Shown: in pieces, positions 58,430 through 61,678 of the stretch | Layout of the letters: every line of letters begins with the position of its first letter | How positions within the stretch are numbered: position 1 is the stretch's first letter | Source of the DNA: Pseudomonadota bacterium | GTDB taxonomy: Bacteria; Pseudomonadota; Gammaproteobacteria; Francisellales; CACEW01 | Assembly: GCA_021848625.1 (NCBI GenBank) | Contig: JAJZUD010000003.1 | Location: forward strand, 1-61,678 | Reading direction: 5' to 3' | Length of the DNA stretch: 61,678 nucleotides | Notes under the pieces: generated by a model | Seen by the model: the letters and a program-made list of their open reading frames with translations, nothing else | What the model was told of the DNA's origin: nothing | Database searches by the model: none | Program-made: the position numbers and the translations under genes

Positions 58430-59884
58430 ATGTCATTCAATACAGTTAAAGAGTGGGCTGAACTGCTGCGTTTGAAAAAAGTTTCTGCTGTGGAGATCGT
58501 CCAGCATTATTTAAAAAAGATCCATGATCATATGGATTTGAATTGTTTTGTGACCGTAACAGCTGAGGAAGCGATGGCGGGGGCAAAAGCGGCGGATGCT
58601 TTGCGGGCAGAAGGGCGAGCTGGGTATTTGAGTGGCGTGCCCATTGCTCAGAAAGATATTTTTTGTACCAAAGGAGTCAAAACTTCTTGTGGTTCCAAGA
58701 TGCTAGACGCGTTTATTGCACCTTACGATGCGCATGTGATTGAGCGTTTTAATCAAGCGGATATGCCCATGCTTGGCAAATTGAACATGGATGAATTTGC
58801 AATGGGGTCATCCAATGAAAATAGTTTTTATGGGCCTGTCGGTAATCCTTGGGATCCAGAATATATTCCGGGGGGGTCCTCGGGTGGGTCTGCAGCTGCA
58901 GTGGCGGCGGGTCTGGCGCCTGCGGCAACCGGGACGGATACCGGAGGGTCGATTCGCCAGCCGGCTGCAATGACTGGAATTACAGGCTTGAAGCCCACCT
59001 ACGGGCGAGTGTCACGCTTTGGAATGATTGCCTTTGCCTCTAGTTTAGATCAGGCGGGGCCAATGGCCCATACTGCGGAGGATTGTGCTTTATTGCTCAA
59101 TCTCATGGCGGGGCGAGATGAACGTGATTCTACTTCTTGTGAGCTTGCTGTCCCTGATTATACAGCCGATTTAAATCGACCCCTCCAAGGTTTAAAGATC
59201 GGGTTGCCGAAGGAGTTTTTCAAAACAGAAGGCTTGGATGCAGAGGTTTTGGCAACTATCAATCTTGCTTTAAAGGAATATGAAAAATTAGGCGCTACAT
59301 TGGTGGAAATCAGTCTGCCTCACAGTCCTTATGCTCTAGAATCCTATTATGTCATTGCCCCTGCGGAGTGCTCATCTAATTTATCCCGTTTTGATGGAGT
59401 GCGCTATGGCTACCGTTGCGAACACCCCGCTGATTTGGAGGATCTTTACTCTCGTTCACGCGGGGAAGGATTTGGGGCTGAAGTGAAACGGCGAATCTTG
59501 ATTGGAACCTATGTCTTGTCTTCAGGGTACTATGATGCCTATTACTTGAAAGCACAGCAAATTCGGCGTTTGATCGCGAATGATTTTATTGAGGCGTTTA
59601 AAACAGTAGACGTCATTATGGGGCCCACGACGCCAACGCCAGCCTTTAAGCTTGGCGCAAAAAAAGCCGATCCTGTGTCGATGTATTTGTCTGATGTTTA
59701 TACCTTGCCTGTGAGTATGGCCGGTTTGCCAGGCATTTCTATTCCTGCAGGATTTGTGCATCATTTGCCCATTGGCTTGCAGATTATTGGCAATTACTTT
59801 AAAGAGGCACAAATTTTAAATGTCGCGCATCAGTTCCAACAAGCAACAGACTGGCATACGCAACATCCTGGAGGGTTTGAATAA
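58430..59884 (+). CDS. gatA: Asp/Glu-tRNA amidotransferase subunit A
   Basis: Amidase signature [25 protein letters not shown]; [13 protein letters not shown]. Confidence 0.99.
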   Translation: MSFNTVKEWAELLRLKKVSAVEIVQHYLKKIHDHMDLNCFVTVTAEEAMAGAKAADALRAEGRAGYLSGVPIAQKDIFCTKGVKTSCGSKMLDAFIAPYDAHVIERFNQADMPMLGKLNMDEFAMGSSNENSFYGPVGNPWDPEYIPGGSSGGSAAAVAAGLAPAATGTDTGGSIRQPAAMTGITGLKPTYGRVSRFGMIAFASSLDQAGPMAHTAEDCALLLNLMAGRDERDSTSCELAVPDYTADLNRPLQGLKIGLPKEFFKTEGLDAEVLATINLALKEYEKLGATLVEISLPHSPYALESYYVIAPAECSSNLSRFDGVRYGYRCEHPADLEDLYSRSRGEGFGAEVKRRILIGTYVLSSGYYDAYYLKAQQIRRLIANDFIEAFKTVDVIMGPTTPTPAFKLGAKKADPVSMYLSDVYTLPVSMAGLPGISIPAGFVHHLPIGLQIIGNYFKEAQILNVAHQFQQATDWHTQHPGGFE

Positions 59885-61320
59885 TGTGGGAAACCGTCAT
59901 TGGGATCGAAGTCCATACACAATTAGCAACACAGAGCAAGATTTTTTCAGGTGCGGCGACCCGTTACGGCGCAGAGCCTAATACACAAGCTTGCGTCATT
60001 GATTTGGCTATGCCTGGAGTTTTGCCTGTTTTAAACAAAGCCTGTGTGGAAATGGCGATTAAGTTTGGTTTAGCGATTGAGGCGCGGGTAAATCAGCGCT
60101 CAACGTTTGCACGTAAAAATTATTTTTATCCGGATTTGCCCAAAGGTTATCAAATTAGTCAGTTTGATCTGCCGATTGTATCTGGCGGTCATTTAGAAAT
60201 TCAACTGAAGGATGGGCAAAAAAAACGCATTGGCATTACGCGTGCGCATTTGGAAGAAGATGCAGGCAAGTCCTTGCATGAGGATTTTAATGGACTTTCA
60301 GCCATTGATTTAAACCGAGCAGGCACGCCTTTGCTCGAAATTGTGTCCGAGCCTGACATGCGTTCTACAGAAGAAGCGGTCGCCTATCTGAAAACACTGC
60401 ATGGACTGCTGCGTTATCTACAGGTTTCAGATGGCAATATGCAAGAAGGCTCGTTTCGTTGCGATGTGAATGTATCCGTACGCAAAGTCGGTCAAGCTTT
60501 GGGGACGCGGGCAGAGTTGAAAAATCTCAATTCGTTTAAATTTGTAGAAAAAGCAATCGAATATGAAGTGGCCCGACAAATTGCTTTGATTGAACAAGGT
60601 GGGGTGGTTGTACAAGAGACCCGCTTGTATGATTCCATTAAGGATGAAACCCGCTCCTTGCGTTCTAAGGAAAATGCACAAGATTATCGTTATTTTCCGG
60701 ACCCAGATTTATTGCCGGTGGTCATTCCTGTTGAGATGCTTGAGCGGGTGCAATGCAGTTTGCCTGAATTGCCCAAGGCCAAAGCCGAACGTTTTCAAGC
60801 CGAATATGCCTTGTCTTTGTATGATGCCCATGTTTTGGTTGCACAGCGTGAGATTGCGCTTTATTTTGAAGCGGTTGTTGCAGAAGTAAAAGATGCCAAG
60901 TTGGCGGCCAATTGGGTGATGGGGGACTTGGCTGCCTTTTTAAATAAAGAAAATTTAGATATCACCGAGAGCCCAGTTTCAGCAAAGGCTCTGGCAGGGC
61001 TGTTGCAGCGGATTGTCGATGGCACTATTTCTGGACGAATTGCCAAAGAAGTCTTCGAGGCAATGTGGCAGCAACAAGGTTCTGCAGATCAAATTATTGA
61101 TCAAAAAGGCCTTAAACAAATTTCGGACAGTGGGGCGTTAACTGCGATGATTCAAGAGGTGATGGCGGCTAATCCTGAACAATTGGCAGAGTATCGGGCT
61201 GGTAAAGAGCGCCTCTTTGGTTTTTTTGTAGGGCAAGTGATGAAGGCCACCGGTGGCAAGGCCAATCCCGAAGAAGTCAATCGTTTGCTCAAAGCGGCGC
61301 TGATGCAAAGCCCAGGCTAA
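59884..61320 (+). CDS. gatB: Asp/Glu-tRNA amidotransferase subunit B
   Basis: [44 protein letters not shown], YqeY-like tail. Confidence 0.99.
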   Translation: MWETVIGIEVHTQLATQSKIFSGAATRYGAEPNTQACVIDLAMPGVLPVLNKACVEMAIKFGLAIEARVNQRSTFARKNYFYPDLPKGYQISQFDLPIVSGGHLEIQLKDGQKKRIGITRAHLEEDAGKSLHEDFNGLSAIDLNRAGTPLLEIVSEPDMRSTEEAVAYLKTLHGLLRYLQVSDGNMQEGSFRCDVNVSVRKVGQALGTRAELKNLNSFKFVEKAIEYEVARQIALIEQGGVVVQETRLYDSIKDETRSLRSKENAQDYRYFPDPDLLPVVIPVEMLERVQCSLPELPKAKAERFQAEYALSLYDAHVLVAQREIALYFEAVVAEVKDAKLAANWVMGDLAAFLNKENLDITESPVSAKALAGLLQRIVDGTISGRIAKEVFEAMWQQQGSADQIIDQKGLKQISDSGALTAMIQEVMAANPEQLAEYRAGKERLFGFFVGQVMKATGGKANPEEVNRLLKAALMQSPG

Positions 61321-61678
61321 GCGCAATGCATGAGGTTATAATTTTAACCTATTCTGGCTTCTCTTTCTGCAAAGCACTTCTGTAGTTCTGCTGAGGTCAT
61401 TGATGCTGCAGCGAATGGGGAGTCTGTCTTGAAATGTTGAGGCCAAACGCTATCACAGCGAGTAATTGATGCATCTGACGATGCTATTCTAGCAAATGGT
61501 GTCGAGGGTGCTACAAGCTGCAGTTTTTTTTGTTGCTCAAAGCAGTGATTCAACCTAAAAACGGCATTTGGCAGATGATCGCAGCCTAAAGCAGCTAATA
61601 TTTAACCACCTATTTTCGGTTAATTTGTCAGATTTTTTTGTCCTATGCAGGCGCTGTTAAAAAATTAGGCGGCTTGAG

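Noticed and set aside
61344-61553. 69-aa minus-strand ORF after gatB
   Set aside because: TTG start without a clear RBS, no recognisable motif, and near the window edge. It may be a remnant but cannot be supported.
1-61678. CRISPR array, rRNA, prophage or integrase
   Set aside because: No regularly spaced repeats, no rRNA-like non-coding stretch, and no phage or integrase motifs were seen; the window is almost fully protein-coding.

Overview
Compact chromosomal segment (roughly mid-40s % GC by eye) of a gammaproteobacterium with a Legionellales/Coxiellales-like gene repertoire. That placement is inferred from a class I-type HMG-CoA reductase with no dxr in the frr-uppS-cdsA cluster, His31-type AspRS plus gatCAB, a secreted GH18 chitinase, and OTU-like and ankyrin proteins. 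Most of the window is housekeeping: polA, dsbB, ribD, uup, an RND pump, parE, tpiA-secG-fluc-fluc-alaS, cca, a ~20 kb co-oriented run rpsB-tsf-pyrH-frr-uppS-cdsA-yceD-rpmF-plsX-fabH-fabD-fabG-aspS-yhdP-phrB-ychF-ODC-addB-like, and gatCAB. The best candidate for an undescribed system is a two-gene module at 21011-21964: a signal-peptide-bearing 91-aa peptide with 12 Cys in repeated (C)NPC/CxPC units, tightly coupled to a cytoplasmic protein with two HxH motifs (DUF6969-like). It looks like a RiPP-type or metal-binding peptide plus its maturase. Other accessory items are an OTU-like deubiquitinase, a chaperone-less divergent pilin/usher locus, an outer-membrane protein made of two tandem beta-barrel repeats, an IS5-family element inserted exactly into two overlapping stop codons, a Lys-rich protein with a YqjD-like tail anchor, and several orphan effector-like ORFs. 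No tRNA, rRNA or CRISPR array was seen. All family calls come from motif recognition by eye; no database searches were run.
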